DNA from: the human T2T-CHM13v2.0 reference genome, Homo sapiens | Assembly: GCF_009914755.1 (NCBI RefSeq) | Contig: NC_060925.1 | Length of the DNA: 64,000 nucleotides | Strand: one strand, 5' to 3' | Shown: positions 42,691-55,104 of the stretch, in pieces | Position numbering within the stretch: position 1 is the stretch's first letter | Layout: each line of letters opens with the position of its first letter | Notes under the pieces: model-generated | Told to the model about the DNA's origin: nothing | What the model saw: the letters and a program-made list of their open reading frames with translations, nothing else | Databases searched by the model: none | Translations under genes and position numbers: made by a program

Positions 42691-42829
42691 ACCTGCTTCC
42701 CCTCAGCGATCTTGTTTCCTAGAGTGAGGAGGTTATAAAAGACAGACCATTGGTAGATGAGCTCATGCACTGCTCCTCATTGTACAATGAGGCAAAATAA
42801 GGGCAGTTGCCATATGGAGAGAGTACTTG

Positions 42830-43035
42830 ACCATTTTTGAAGTGCTTCCACACATGCTATCTCATTTACACCATTCCACTGTTCTGTGAGGAAGTTACTA
42901 TGACCACCCTTAGTTTACAGATGAAAAAAAACCATGAGACTCAGAAGATTAAGGCCCTTGCCCAAGGTTCCACCAGTGATAAGTAAAATAGCCAGGTCTT
43001 AAACTTGAGCCTTGAGGCTTCAAACCTGATGTTCT
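42830..43035 (-). mobile_element. MIR
   Basis: tttacagatgaaaaaa..gagactcagaagattaagg..cttgcccaagg. Confidence 0.65.
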
Positions 43036-43074
43036 TCCTGTGGCACAAATAGTGCCTCCCATTAGATGTGCCAC

Positions 43075-43451
43075 AGCTTCAGTAGCGACAGCAGCTCCAG
43101 CCCCGCCTGAGCAATGCTAGCACCTCCCCCAGGAGACTGTTGCCGTCGGCCAGCCCCCTTCTCCACGGTAACCATGTGCCACCGAGAGACCATGATCAAA
43201 AATGCAGACATGTCGGAAGAGATGCAACAGGACTCGGTGGAGTGCGCTATTCAGGCACTGGAGAAATATAACATAGAGAAGGATATTGCAGCTCATCTTA
43301 AGAAGGAATTTGACAAGAAGAACAATCCCACCTGGCATTGTATCGTGGGGAGGAACTTCGGTAGTTACATGACACGTGAAATCAAACACTTCATCTACTT
43401 CTACCTGGACCAAGTGGCCATTCTCTTGTTCAAATCTGGTTAAAAGCATGG
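43075..43451 (+). pseudogene. DYNLL1P3: Processed pseudogene of dynein light chain LC8-type 1 (DYNLL1); intact 89-codon frame 43174-43443
   Basis: Translation [24 protein letters not shown]...[10 protein letters not shown] differs at 11 of 89 positions from recalled DYNLL1. Intronless; includes DYNLL1-like 5'UTR and the first ~10 nt of 3'UTR. The P3 number is recalled from locus position. Confidence 0.9.
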
Positions 43452-43760
43452 CCGGGTGTAGTGGCTCATGCCTGTAACTCCAGCTGTCGACATCCTGAAA
43501 GTCCATGGGCTCGAGGCGGGTGGATCATGAGGTCAGGAGATCGAGACCATCCTGGCCAACATGATAAAACCCCATTTCTACTAAAAATACAAAAAGCTGG
43601 GTGTGGTGGCACGTACCTATAATCCCAGCTACTAGGGAGGCTGAGACATGAGAATCATTTGAACCCAGGAGGCAGAGGTTGCAGTAAGCCGAGATCGTGC
43701 CACTGGACTCCAGCCTGGCAACAGAGTGAGACTCTGTCTCAAAATAATAATAATAATAAT
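43450..43760 (+). mobile_element. AluS (possibly chimeric) with a 30-bp foreign insert and (TAA)n tail
   Basis: Alu fused directly to the DYNLL1 3'UTR stub; no matching 3' TSD. Confidence 0.9.
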
Positions 43761-46313
43761 TGCTCTCCTGCAGGCCAGGGCTTTGAGTATGCCCAGACTG
43801 CACCAAGGCAGGTGATGTCTGATGGGCACATGGAACTCTGAATCCCCCTGCCCAGCCACCAGAATCTGGCCCATCCGTGGCTTTTCTTGGAAGTATCTGG
43901 GCAATGGTATGTATGTTGTATAAGAACCTACCTTCTCCTTTCGTCAGAACAAACCCAGATCTCCCAATTTGAGTTCTTGCGAGAGAAACCTCAGATTTGA
44001 GCAAGGGCAGTGGATAACAAAACAGGCCAACTCTGTGGGCTGTAACATCCAAGCTGACCTCTTCACTAACATATCTTGCACCCTGTACCCCTCCACATGA
44101 TCTCTCTCTCTCCAGGAGGATAGTTGGATTTCTTACATGACTACTCAGGGCTCGCAAGAGCACAAAAGCAGAAGCTTCCTGGACTTCACTTCTTCTGCAT
44201 TTCTAGCTAAAGCAAGTCAGTAGGCCAGCCCTGATCCAACATGGGATTAAATTACACAAGGAAATAAATACAGGGAGGTGTGGGTCATGGCAGCCAACCA
44301 AGCAAATAGTAAGAACTCCCAGCTGCTCAATCTAGCACATTGAATCCAGATTCTGTGGAAAATCCCCCCAAAGAATAAATCAAAGATTAATTCAGAAATG
44401 TTATGTAAAATTATGTTTTTCTATTCCTGGTCTAACACATTCTGAGTCTATGCCCACCTATCTCCCCATTTTCTGCTAACAAGAATTTCCAAAAAAAATC
44501 ACTCTTTAGGTGCATACAATGCTTGGGTCTAACTTTAAGCACAGCTCTAGAGATAGACTAGATGCAGTGGAGGTGGTCAGGAAGAAACATGGCTTCCTCT
44601 TACAAAGTGGTCATCCCAGAATTTTCAAACAAGGCAAGATTCGCTGACATGGGAGGCTCTGTGAACTGGGGATTGCTTCAGCCACTAAAAGCTTCTCCAA
44701 AAGTCTACATTTTAGAGCTGAGTCCCACTCTTTTAATGCATGTGCTTGCTGTCACTCAAGAGACCCATAAGGCTATGAATTCAACTTATATTGTAGTTCA
44801 GCAGCCTGTGGTTCAAGCAATGCAACTAATTTTCAACTATGCTAGATCTACGTCTAACAGAGATGAGAAATTACATTTAAAGCAGCCATAGAAGTTTTCT
44901 GGTTCTCTTAAGTGGCCTGGAGTCATGAATACAGAATGCTGAGTTTATTGTTTTCTTCCTTTAAACTCTACAGTATAGTTAGAAGTAGTTAACATACCCC
45001 ACTGTGCTTATATTAGGAGCACTTCAAAAAGTCCCATCCCCAGAGAAGTGTCACAATTTTACCTAACTGGCAGCTCCCTGAAAAAGCCATATTTGCAAAT
45101 ATTCTCATTATTTAACCCGAGACAGAATTTGATAACTGGAAAAAGTCATATCCCAGAGAATTTGTTAAAAAAAAAATGGTGGAAATTATTGAACATCACA
45201 GACCAGTTGGAAGAAATAAGAAGTTGATCAAAAACTTAATGTTTAGGAAATGAGATGTTCATAGGGAACTTTGAAAACCTCCAACATATCCCTGGGAATC
45301 TGGAATGCCATGAACAGGTGCATGGCTGTGCATGTGCCCAGAAGACACCAAGTAAGGTCTTAATCTCTCACCTCTGGATGACCTGAGACCCTACACAAGC
45401 AGGAAGTGAGAGTAAAGCAGAGTTGTAAACTGACAGAACATTGAAGATGCACACAGAGCTCCTTGACAAAGGGCAGAAGTCCTATTTGTTCAAGACATTT
45501 AAGGGACTCTGTCTAATCATTAGCTTGACACTAGGCTAAACAGGCAGCCACACATGACAAGTAATTTAGACTTTATACAGTTAGTCCAGAAATGTCACTA
45601 AACAAACATATAGGGGGAAAGAAACATCAACAGCCACAAACCCTGGGGAAGTAATCCAATTTCTAGAGTAGCCACATTATATTATTAAAAATGTACCGTT
45701 TTCAACAAAAAAAAATTAAGACACACAAAGAAACAGCAAAGAATGGCTCATACACAGAGAAATAGGCAACCAAACTGTCTTTAAAGAACTAAATGTTGAA
45801 CTTACTAGGAATAGCCTTTAAATCTACATTATAAATTAAATATATTCAAATAAATAAATAAAATTATGTTTAAAGAATTTAAGGAAAGTGTAAGAACAAT
45901 GTCTTATGAAATAGAAAATACAAAAAAAGAGATAGAAATTATAAGACGAACCAAATAGAAATTCTGAAGTTGAAAATTAAAACAGAAAGGAAGAATTTAC
46001 TAGAAGAGCCCAGTAACAGATTTGGATTATCCTTTCGCGGAACAGAAAGTAAAATGAACAATGATAAATAAACAGAGTCTCAGAGACCTATGAGACATAA
46101 TCAACCATACCAACATATGAATAGTGAGAGTCTCAGCAAGAGAGGAAAAAATAAAGAGCAGAAAAAAAAATTTGAAGAAATAATGGCAGAAAATGTCCCA
46201 AATATAATTTTTTTAACCATGGTAATCTGTGCATTTGGAAGCTCAGTGAACCCAAGGAGGATAAATCCAAAGAGATCCACACCTAGACAAATGTAGTCAA
46301 AAGAGATAGACAA

Positions 46314-46616
46314 GGCCAGGCACGGTCGCTCATGCCTATAATCCCAGCACTTTGGGAGGCTGAGGCAGATGGATCATGAGGTCAGGAGATTGAGACCATC
46401 CTGGCCAACATGGTGAAACCCCGTCTCTACTAAAAATACAAAAATTAGCCAGATGTGGTGGCGTGCGCCTGTAGTCCCAGCTACTCAGGAGGCTGAGGCA
46501 GAAGAATTACTTGAGCCTGGGAAGTGGAGGTTGCAGTGAGCCAAGATCATGCCAGTGGACTACAGCTTGGGCAACAAAGTGAGACTCCATCTCAAAAAAT
46601 AAATAAATAAATAAAA
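46314..46616 (+). mobile_element. AluS (Sc-like)
   Basis: gatcatgaggtcaggagattgagaccatcctggcc. Confidence 0.92.
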
Positions 46617-47152
46617 AGAGAGAGAGACAAAGAGAGAATCTTGAAAGTAGCAAGAGAGAAGAAGTAACTCATCACATACAAGGGATTATCAATAAGATTA
46701 ACAGCTGATTTCTCATCAAAAACCGTGGATGCCAGAAGGCAGTGGGATGGCATATTGAAAATAATGGCCAAAAAACCTGACAACCAATAATTCTATATCC
46801 AGCAAAATTATCCTTTAAAAATGAAGAAGAAATTAAGCCATTTTGAGATAAATTAAAGCAGAATTTGCTGCTAGAAGACCAAAAAAATATTAAATGAAGT
46901 CCTTCAGGTTGAAATGAGAGGATGCTAGACAGGTAATTTAAATCCACAGAAAGAAACAAGGATAACTGTAAAAGTAACTGCATAAGTAAATATGCAAGAT
47001 ACTATAAATGTATTTCTTATAAATTTCTGCTTCTATCTGATTTAAAAGTTAACTATATGTAGCAATATTTTTAAAAACTATGTTAAAGATATTATAATAT
47101 ATAAGGATGTAATTCATATGAGAACAATAGCACAAAAGAGAAGTGAGGTAGT

Positions 47153-47232
47153 ATTGGTTGGTGCAAAAGTAATTACCATTTTTGCCATTACCTTTAATGA
47201 GAAAAAACTCCATTAGTTTTGCATCAACCTAC
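47153..47232. mobile_element. MADE1, full-length ~80 bp palindromic MITE
   Basis: ggttggtgcaaaagtaatt..tttgccatta..taatg..ttttgcatcaaccta. Confidence 0.85.
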
Positions 47233-47263
47233 ATAGAACTATATTGGGGCAATGATTTGTATT

Positions 47264-48454
47264 CAGTTATGCATCGCTTAACAATGGGGATCTTTTTGAG
47301 AAATACGTCTTTAGGTGATTTCATCATTGTGCAAACATCATAGAGTGTACTTACACAAACCTACAGAGTGTAGCCTGCTACAACCTAGGCTGTACGATGT
47401 AGCCTATTACTCCTAGGCTACAAGCCTGTATAGCATGTTACTACATTGAATACTGTAGACAGTTGTAACACAATGGTAAGTATTTGTGTATCCAAATATA
47501 GAAAAGATTCAGTAAAAATATAATCCAACAGATTTTTTTTAAAGGTACACCTGTAGAAGGCACTTATCATGAATGGGAGTTTGCAAGACTGAAAGTTTCT
47601 CTGGGTGAGTTAATGAATGAGTTGTGAATGAATGTGAAGGCCAAGAACATAACCATATACTACTGTAGACTTTATAAACTATACATTTCAGCTACACTAA
47701 ATTTATTTTTTAAATTTCTTTCTTCAATAATAAACTAAACTTAGCTCACTGTAACTTTTTTATTTTATAAATTTTAAATGTTTTTAGCTTTTTGACTCTT
47801 TTGTAAACCAAATGCAAACACATTGTACAGATGCATAAAAATATTTTTATATCCTTATTCTATAAACTTATTTCTGTTATTTACATTTTTATTTTATTTT
47901 TTTTTTTTTACTTTTTACACTTTTTTTTGTTAAAAATAAAGACAAATACATTCTTAGCCTAAGCCTACAAGGGGTCAGGATCATCAGTATCACTGTCTTC
48001 CACCTCTACATCTTGTCTCACTGGAAGGTCTTCAGTAACATACACGAAACTGTCATCTCTTATGATAACAATGTCTTCTTCTGGAATATCTCCTGAATGA
48101 TCTGCCTGGGGCTGTTTTACAGTTGACTTTTTTTTTAGTAAATAGAAGGAGTACACTCTAAAATAACCATAAAATATATGGTATAGTAATATATAAACTA
48201 GTAATATAGTCATTTATTATCATTATCAAGCATTACATGCTACACGTAATTGTATGTGATATACTTGTATATGACTGGCAGCACAGTCATATAACTGCAT
48301 CACCACAAACACGTAAGTAATGCATTATGATATGATCTTACAATGACTATGACATCACTAGGCAATAGAAATTTTTCAGCCCTATTATAATCTTATGAGA
48401 CCACATCATGTATGAGGTCCATCATTGACCAAAATGTTATGCAGTGCATGACTG
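47264..48454 (-). mobile_element. Tigger3b (MER7B) DNA transposon
   Basis: TIR-like ends cagttatgcatcgcttaac / gttatgcagtgcatgactg; internal acctaggctgta..gtagcctatt..ctaggctacaa. Confidence 0.85.
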
Positions 48455-50717
48455 TATTGTCTAAGTTAAGTTGGTATTAACCTGAACTAGATTGTTTTAA
48501 TTTAAGGTGGTAACTGTAACATCCAGAGCAACTAATGAGAAAATAACTAAAAATAAAGTGAAAGGAATGAAAACGGTGTGCTAGAAAACATTTGCTTAAT
48601 ACAAAAGAAGGCATTAATGGAGAAATAGAGAAACAAAAAGACGTAAGACATATATAAAACAAATAGCAAGACGGGAGATGTAAATCCTATCTTATCGTTA
48701 GTTACATTAAGCACAGACAGGTTAAACACTCCAATCAAAAGGCAGATATTGCCCAAATGACTTTCTAAAAATGATTCAACTCTACGCTGTCTGCAAGAGA
48801 CTCATTTTAGATTCAAAGACACAAACGAAATTACAAAAACAATTCCACTTGCAATAACACCAGAAAGAATAAAATGCTTAGAAATAAATTAAACAAAAGA
48901 ACTGCAAGACTTGTACATTGAAAGCTATGAAACATTGTTGAAATGAATTAAAGACCTAAATCAATGGCAAAACATCTCATGTTCATGGACTGAAATACTT
49001 AATATTGTTAAATTGGCAATACTTTCCAAACTGATCTACAGAATCAAAACAATTCCTATTCCAATCCCAGCTGCCTTTTTTGCAGAAATTGACAAGCTGG
49101 TCCTACAATCCATATGAAAATACCAGAGATCCCAAATAGCCAAAACAACCTTAATAAATAAGAACAAAGTTGAGGGACTCAACTTTCCCAATTTCAATGC
49201 TTACTACAAAGCTACAGTAATCAAGACAGACTTATAAAAACAGACACATCAATCAATGGAACAGAATTCAGAGTTCAGAAATAAACATCTATAGTCAATT
49301 GAGTTTTGAAAAGGATGCCAAGATAATTCAATGGAGAATATTAGTCTTTTCAACATATGGCGCTTAATATTCACATGTAAAAAAAATGAATTTGGATTCC
49401 ACCATATAAAAAATTAACTCAAAAGTGGTCAAAGGCCTAAGTGTAAAATCTAAAACTATGAAACACTTAGAAAAAAATAAGTGTAAAACTTTTATGACCT
49501 TGGATTAGGCAATGGTTTACTTATATGCATATCACATCTAAAGCATAGAAAAAAAATACATAAATTCGACTTCATAAAAATTAAAACTTTTGTGCATCAA
49601 AGGACAGCATCAAAAAAATGTAAAGACAATCTGCAGAATAGGAGACTATATTTTCAAATCATACAGCTGATAAGGAACTTATGTACAGACATATAAAGAA
49701 CTCTTACTACTCAACAGTAAAAAGACAAATGACCAGACTTTTTAATCAAAAAAGATTTGCATAGATGTTTCTCTAAAGGAGATATACAAGTGGCCAATAA
49801 GCACATGAAAAGATGCTCAACATCATAGTCATAAGGGAAATGCAAATCAAAATCAAAAAATACCATGTCACACCCCCAACAGGCTGGATATAATTTTTTA
49901 AAAGACAATAACAAGGATTGGCACGAACGTGGAGAAGTTAGAAAGCTTATACACTGGTGGTGGGAATGTGAAATGGTGCCGTCACTTTGGAAAAGAGTTT
50001 AGCAGTTCTTAAAAAGTTAACATGGAGTGGCCATATAACTCAGATTTCCACTCGAGGTGTATACCTAAGAGAACTGAAAAGATCTGTTCACACAAAAACT
50101 TATACACAAATGCTCACAGCTACAATACTTACAGTAGTTAAGTGGGAACATCTCCAAATGTCCCTCAACATGGATAAGCACAATGTGATCTATCCATATG
50201 ATGGAATATTATTTGTCCATAAAAAGGAATGAAATACTGATACACACTACAATATAAATGAAACTTCAGCACATCGTAAGTGAAAGAAGCCAGTCACAAG
50301 AGACCACATATATTGTATAATTTCATTTATATGAAATATCCAGAATAAGTAAGTCCATAGAGAGAGAAAGTAGATTAGTGGTTACCAGGGGTTGGAGAGG
50401 GGGAATGTTGGGGGTCTCTTTTTAGGGTGATAAAAAATGTCCTAAGATTAGATAGTGGTGATGGTTGCACAACTCTGTGAACATACTAAAATCCACTGAA
50501 TTATACACTTTAAGATAGTGGATTTTGTGGTATGTGAGTTTTATCTCAATAAGCTGTTATTTTTTTAAAAAAAAAAGTAAACTAAAATAGAGGAAACTTC
50601 CTTAACTCATAGTGTATTTGCCAAAGACCTAAAATAAACATTATATGCAGTGGTACAACTGTAAACATATTATAATTAAAGTCAGAAATAAAATAAGTGT
50701 TCCTGCTACACCTTTTT

Positions 50718-50817
50718 TTTATTCTTTTTTTTAAATTTTATTTTACTTTAAGTTCTGGAATACATGTGCAGAACATGCAGGTTTGTTACATAGGCATACA
50801 TGTGCCATGGTGGTTTG
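50718..50817 (-). mobile_element. ~100-bp L1PA 3' end
   Basis: tactttaagttctgg..tacatgtgcagaac; TSD ctgctacaccttttt. Confidence 0.88.
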
Positions 50818-51620
50818 CTGCTACACCTTTTTATGCAGCATTGTACTAGAGACCCCAGTTAGCAACATAAAGCAAGAAAATGTCATGTAATGAATTTTTT
50901 AAAAAAGAAATCATTGTTGGTTTATCATAAGATTGTTTGTATGGAAAATCCCAGATATTCTATAGAGAATTACAACTAGAAAGATAAGATAGTCAGCTTC
51001 ATTTCTGGATACGAGCTCAATCGTGTTCCTATATGCCCACAATAATCAATTACAATATGTAACTGAGAGAAAGTTCCCAATCATAAAAGCAAGAAAAACT
51101 GTAAGTTACTTGGAAATAAATCCAATGAAAGATGTGAGAGACCTTTATGGAGAAAATTATGAAAAGTTACTGAAGGACGTAGAAGACCTGAAAAAAATGG
51201 AGAAATATAACACATTCATGCATGGGAAGACTCAATATTATACAGATGTCAGTTCTCCTCCAAATTAACCTATAAATTCATTGCAATTCCAATCCAAATC
51301 CCAATGGAGCTTTTCATAGAGCTTGACAAACTGATTCTAACATTAATCTGAAGTAGTTGAGAACAAAGAAGAGTCAAGACAAAAGAATAAGGAGAAAGAA
51401 CTTTCCCAGCTAGACATAAAGATGAACTATAAAGCCATGTGAAATTAAAATAACGAAAGAGGTATGCAGGATAGACAAATTTATCAGCGGAACAGACTAG
51501 AGAACTCTGTGTATTTATGAGGACTTGGTGTATGTTGGAGGTGGCTTTATGTATCATCAAGAAAAGAATGATTATTCAATAAATAGTGTCGGACAATTAG
51601 CTACCTCTATGAAGGACATT

Positions 51621-52176
51621 TTTTTATTTCAATCTTTTTTGGGTACAGCTGGGGTTTTGGTTACATGGATAAGTTCTTTAGTGGCAATTTCTGAGGTTTT
51701 GATGCCCCCATCACCAAAGCAGTGTACCCAATATGTAGTCTGTTATCCCTCACCTCGCTCCCATCCTTCCCCCTCGAAGCTCCAAAGCTCATTATATCAC
51801 TCTTATGCCTTTGCATCCTCATAGCTTAGCTCCCACTTATAAGTGAGAACATATGATGTTTGGTTTTCCACTCCTGAGTTACGTCACTTAGAATAATGGC
51901 CTCCAGCTTCATCCAAGTTGTTGTAAAAGACATTGTTTCATTCCTTTTTATGGCTGAGTAGTATTCCATGGCATACATACACCACATTTTCTTTATCCAC
52001 TCATTGGCTAACGTGCACTTGGTTGGTTCCAAATCTTTGCAATTGCAAATTGTGCTCCTATAAACATGGGTGTGCATTTGTCTTTTTTCATATAATGACT
52101 TCTTTTCCTTTGAGTAGACACCTAGTAGTGGATTGCTGGATCAAACAGTAGTTCTACTTTTAGTTCTTTATGGAAT
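51621..52176 (-). mobile_element. L1PB-type 3' end
   Basis: ggttacatggataagttctttagtgg..cttagctcccacttataagtgagaacat; TSD ctctatga(a/g)ggacatttt. Confidence 0.85.
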
Positions 52177-52522
52177 CTCTATGAGGGACATTTTCAACTG
52201 GATCCCTACCTCATACCACACACAAAGATAAATTCCAGATAGATCAAACAAAACTTTAAAACTATTATAAGGAAATGTAGTTGAGTATCTTTATGATATG
52301 GAGTTAGGCAAAGATTTCCTAAACAAATAGCAAGATACTAATTATAATGGAAAACCCTGTCCATTTGACTACATCAAATACTAAAATTTCTGTATGCTAA
52401 AACCATCATAAAACAAAGTAAAAGTACAAAATACATTTGAAAAAGATAGTTGCAAAAGTATAGAAATAGTACTCAGAATACACAGTACAGTACTCCTATA
52501 ACTCAAAAAGAAAACGACAAAT

Positions 52523-52835
52523 GGCCGGGTGCAATGGCTCACGCCTGTAATCCCAGCAGTTTGGGAAGCTGAGGCACGTAGAACACCTGAGGTCAGGAGT
52601 TCGAGACTAGCCTGGCCAACATGGTGAAATCTCGTCTCTACTAAAAATACCAAAATTAGCCAGGCATGGTGTCAGGAGCCTGTAATCCCAGCTACTTAGG
52701 AGGCTGAGGCAGGAGAATCACTTGAACCTGGGAGTTGGAGGTTGCAGTGAGGCAAGATCGTGCCAATGGACTCCAGCCTGGGTGACAGAGTGAGACTCTG
52801 AAAGAAAGAAAGAAAAAGAAAGAAAGAAAGAAAAA
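52523..52835 (+). mobile_element. AluS
   Basis: Full length with (GAAA)n tail. Confidence 0.92.
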
Positions 52836-53655
52836 CAACCCAATTTTTTAAGCTGAGTAAAAGAAAACACAAAAGATGTATAAAAGAAAACCCAAATGAT
52901 TGACAAATATATGTTAAAAATGAAACTTCAATACTAAGCTGGGAAATAACATTTTTTAATTGAATTATTTTTCATACAGATCACATTGGCCAAAAAAAAA
53001 AAAAAAAAATCATTCCCACCATCCTTGTCCAGTCAGGATCACACACACTGTTGGGGCTGTCATTGGGAAAATCACCCTGGAAAATAGTTTTGTAGTAACT
53101 ATCGAAGTTAGGCATGCAAATATTCTATGATCTAGCATGTCTACTGTTAGGTCTATATATAGACCTAGAAAATTCCATGTGTAGCAGTGACTATAACTGA
53201 AAAGAAAAGGCAGTGACCTAAATGTTCTTCCACATGAAAATAGTTTTTAATGTGTTATATTCACATAATGGAATATTATACAGCTATTAAAATGAATGAA
53301 CTAGATCTGTGAGTATCAGCATAGATCAAACTCACAGAGTATTGGGAGAATAAGGCAAATTGCAGATGGCTAAACACAGTGAATCATTTATGTAACATGT
53401 TCAATCACACAAAAACCACTACATATTGTCTGTAAGTACAAATACATATGGCAAAAATGTGAAAACATGAACAGAAAGGATGAAAACAAATTCATGATTA
53501 TAATTGTCTCTGAGGGATGAAGAAGGAGAATTGAGACTAGAAAGGGGACTAAAGAACTTCAGCTTCATTAGTAATTTTTAAATTTTCTTATTTTGTAAAA
53601 GGATGTGGGACACATGCTAACATTCATGAATTCAGAATAGTAGGTAAAGGTGAGT

Positions 53656-53745
53656 CTCTTCCCTCCCTCCCTCCCTCCCTCCCTTCCTTCCTTTCTTCTT
53701 CTCTCCCTCCCTCCCTTCTTTCTTTCCTTCCTTCCTTTCTTCCAT
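53656..53745. repeat. Pyrimidine-rich (TCCC/TTCC)n tract
   Basis: Direct reading. Confidence 0.85.
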
Positions 53746-53869
53746 CTTGTCTTTCTAATAAGAAATAAATAATAATGGCCTCTCCTCCCTGGAAGTGGGG
53801 AAGGAGAATGAAGAGCTAAAACGAATCCATTTTTTCTTAACTCGTACTCATATATATCTTGGAATAAAG

Positions 53870-54160
53870 GTGATAAGAATCCAGGAGGCCTTCAGAGAGG
53901 AGGTGATACTTTAATGGCATTTTGAAGGATGAATAGAAGTTCTCCTCTGTACAGGATCAAGGAGAAAGATGGAAGAAAGACATTCTAGACGAGAAGACAA
54001 GCATGTGCAAAACCTCAGAGACCTAAAACAGCATGCATATTCAGGAATTATAAGTAAATGGGCAAGGAGGGGTGCAGGGAGCCAGAGAAATAGCCAAGGC
54101 CAGATCATGGAGGCACTGGGGAGACAGGCTAAGGATCTCAAACTTCATCCTGTGAGCACT
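53870..54160 (-). mobile_element. L2 fragment
   Basis: ggccttcagagaggaggtgata..ttgaaggatgaatag..catgtgcaaa..ggccagatcatggagg. Confidence 0.65.
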
Positions 54161-54712
54161 GGGGACTCAGGGCTAGGAGGATCCTGCAAGGTAGAGCCCT
54201 TCTGGCCTCTGCCTGCTGTGCACCAGAGTTTAGAACAATTCCATACCACTTTGAATAGGTAAAGGTGGGTCTGCCATTCCAGTGGAGAGATCCTCCCTCT
54301 TGCCACTTTAGAAAGTGCCATTTTGAGAGCAACTTTATCCATGGGGGATACAACGGACCTCTTGGCACAGAGTGACTGGATACAAGGGACTAGCATCCTG
54401 CAGGAGTTTCCTAGGAATACCAGCTGTCCAGTACTTGGAGACTTCAGTGCTCAGGAGATATTGTAGCCTCTTTACCAAGAAGAGAAAGTATTCAGTCCTA
54501 TGGGGAGCTGAGCTTCAGTGCAGCTCCTTCACTGGAAAGAGTGGGATGGAGAGAACTCAGTCTTCCCTTGTTTACTGTCCAGCCAGCCCAGAGTCTGCTG
54601 CTGTGGTCAGTTCAGGCCATTCTTCTCATCATACTACAAGCAGCAAAGGTCATGGTTAGGCTTGTATTTTTAAAGACTAGCATCTAGTAAAAGATGAATT
54701 GGAAGAAGCGGG

Positions 54713-55104
54713 CAGGGCCACGTTATGACTTCATGGGCCTTTTGGCACTTGTGTATTCATGGGTTCCTTCCTCCATAAAAATATTAGAAATTATATTTTA
54801 CCATGTGTTGGTATAAAGGTAAATCTATTTTTTACAGTACTACACTATTTATTGAAAATTTTTATGCATATATACAAAATATGCTATGTTACATGTATTA
54901 ATAGAGATAGAAAAATCATTTTAAATCTGTGATTTAAATCTGTTGTAAAGGTGAAAATATTAATATCATATGTTAAAACATTTTTATTGACCTAAAAGTT
55001 TGGTTTTTCTTCTGACTTTAAAATATCTTCATGGGTTCCCCTAAAAGTATCATGGGCCATAGGTACTGGGCCTACTGTGCCCATTGGATAAGTCAGCAGC
55101 CCTG
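54713..55104 (-). mobile_element. MER96B-like hAT element
   Basis: CAGGGC...GCCCTG ends; cctaaaagtatcatgggcc..taggtactg..cctactgtgcc..tggataagtc. Confidence 0.65.

Larger units (their letters stand above)
45020..50570 (+). mobile_element. Long degraded L1M (5' region, ORF1/ORF2 remnants, L1MB-like 3' end) with nested elements
   Basis: ORF1-like gaaataatggcagaaaat..ccacacctagaca..aattctatatccagcaaaattatcctt; ORF2-like ttactacaaagctacagtaatcaagacag. Confidence 0.8.
50833..53640 (+). mobile_element. Degraded L1ME-type ORF2/3' remnants with nested L1PB and Alu
   Basis: catgggaagactcaatatt..ttgacaaactgattcta..; taatggaatattatacagctattaaaatgaatgaacta. Confidence 0.65.

Noticed and set aside
43038-43076. 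10-bp inverted repeat at the 5' junction of the DYNLL1 retrocopy
   Set aside because: Too short to distinguish from chance, and it is not a TSD.
43525-44163. 212-aa minus-strand ORF
   Set aside because: The C-terminal third is antisense Alu, it appears to start at a non-ATG codon, and the rest shows no homology I recognise.
47965-48213. 82-aa ORF with an acidic tail
   Set aside because: Lies within a non-autonomous Tigger3b element.
45020-53640. Possible functional L1 ORF1/ORF2
   Set aside because: Heavily fragmented, with many stops and nested insertions.
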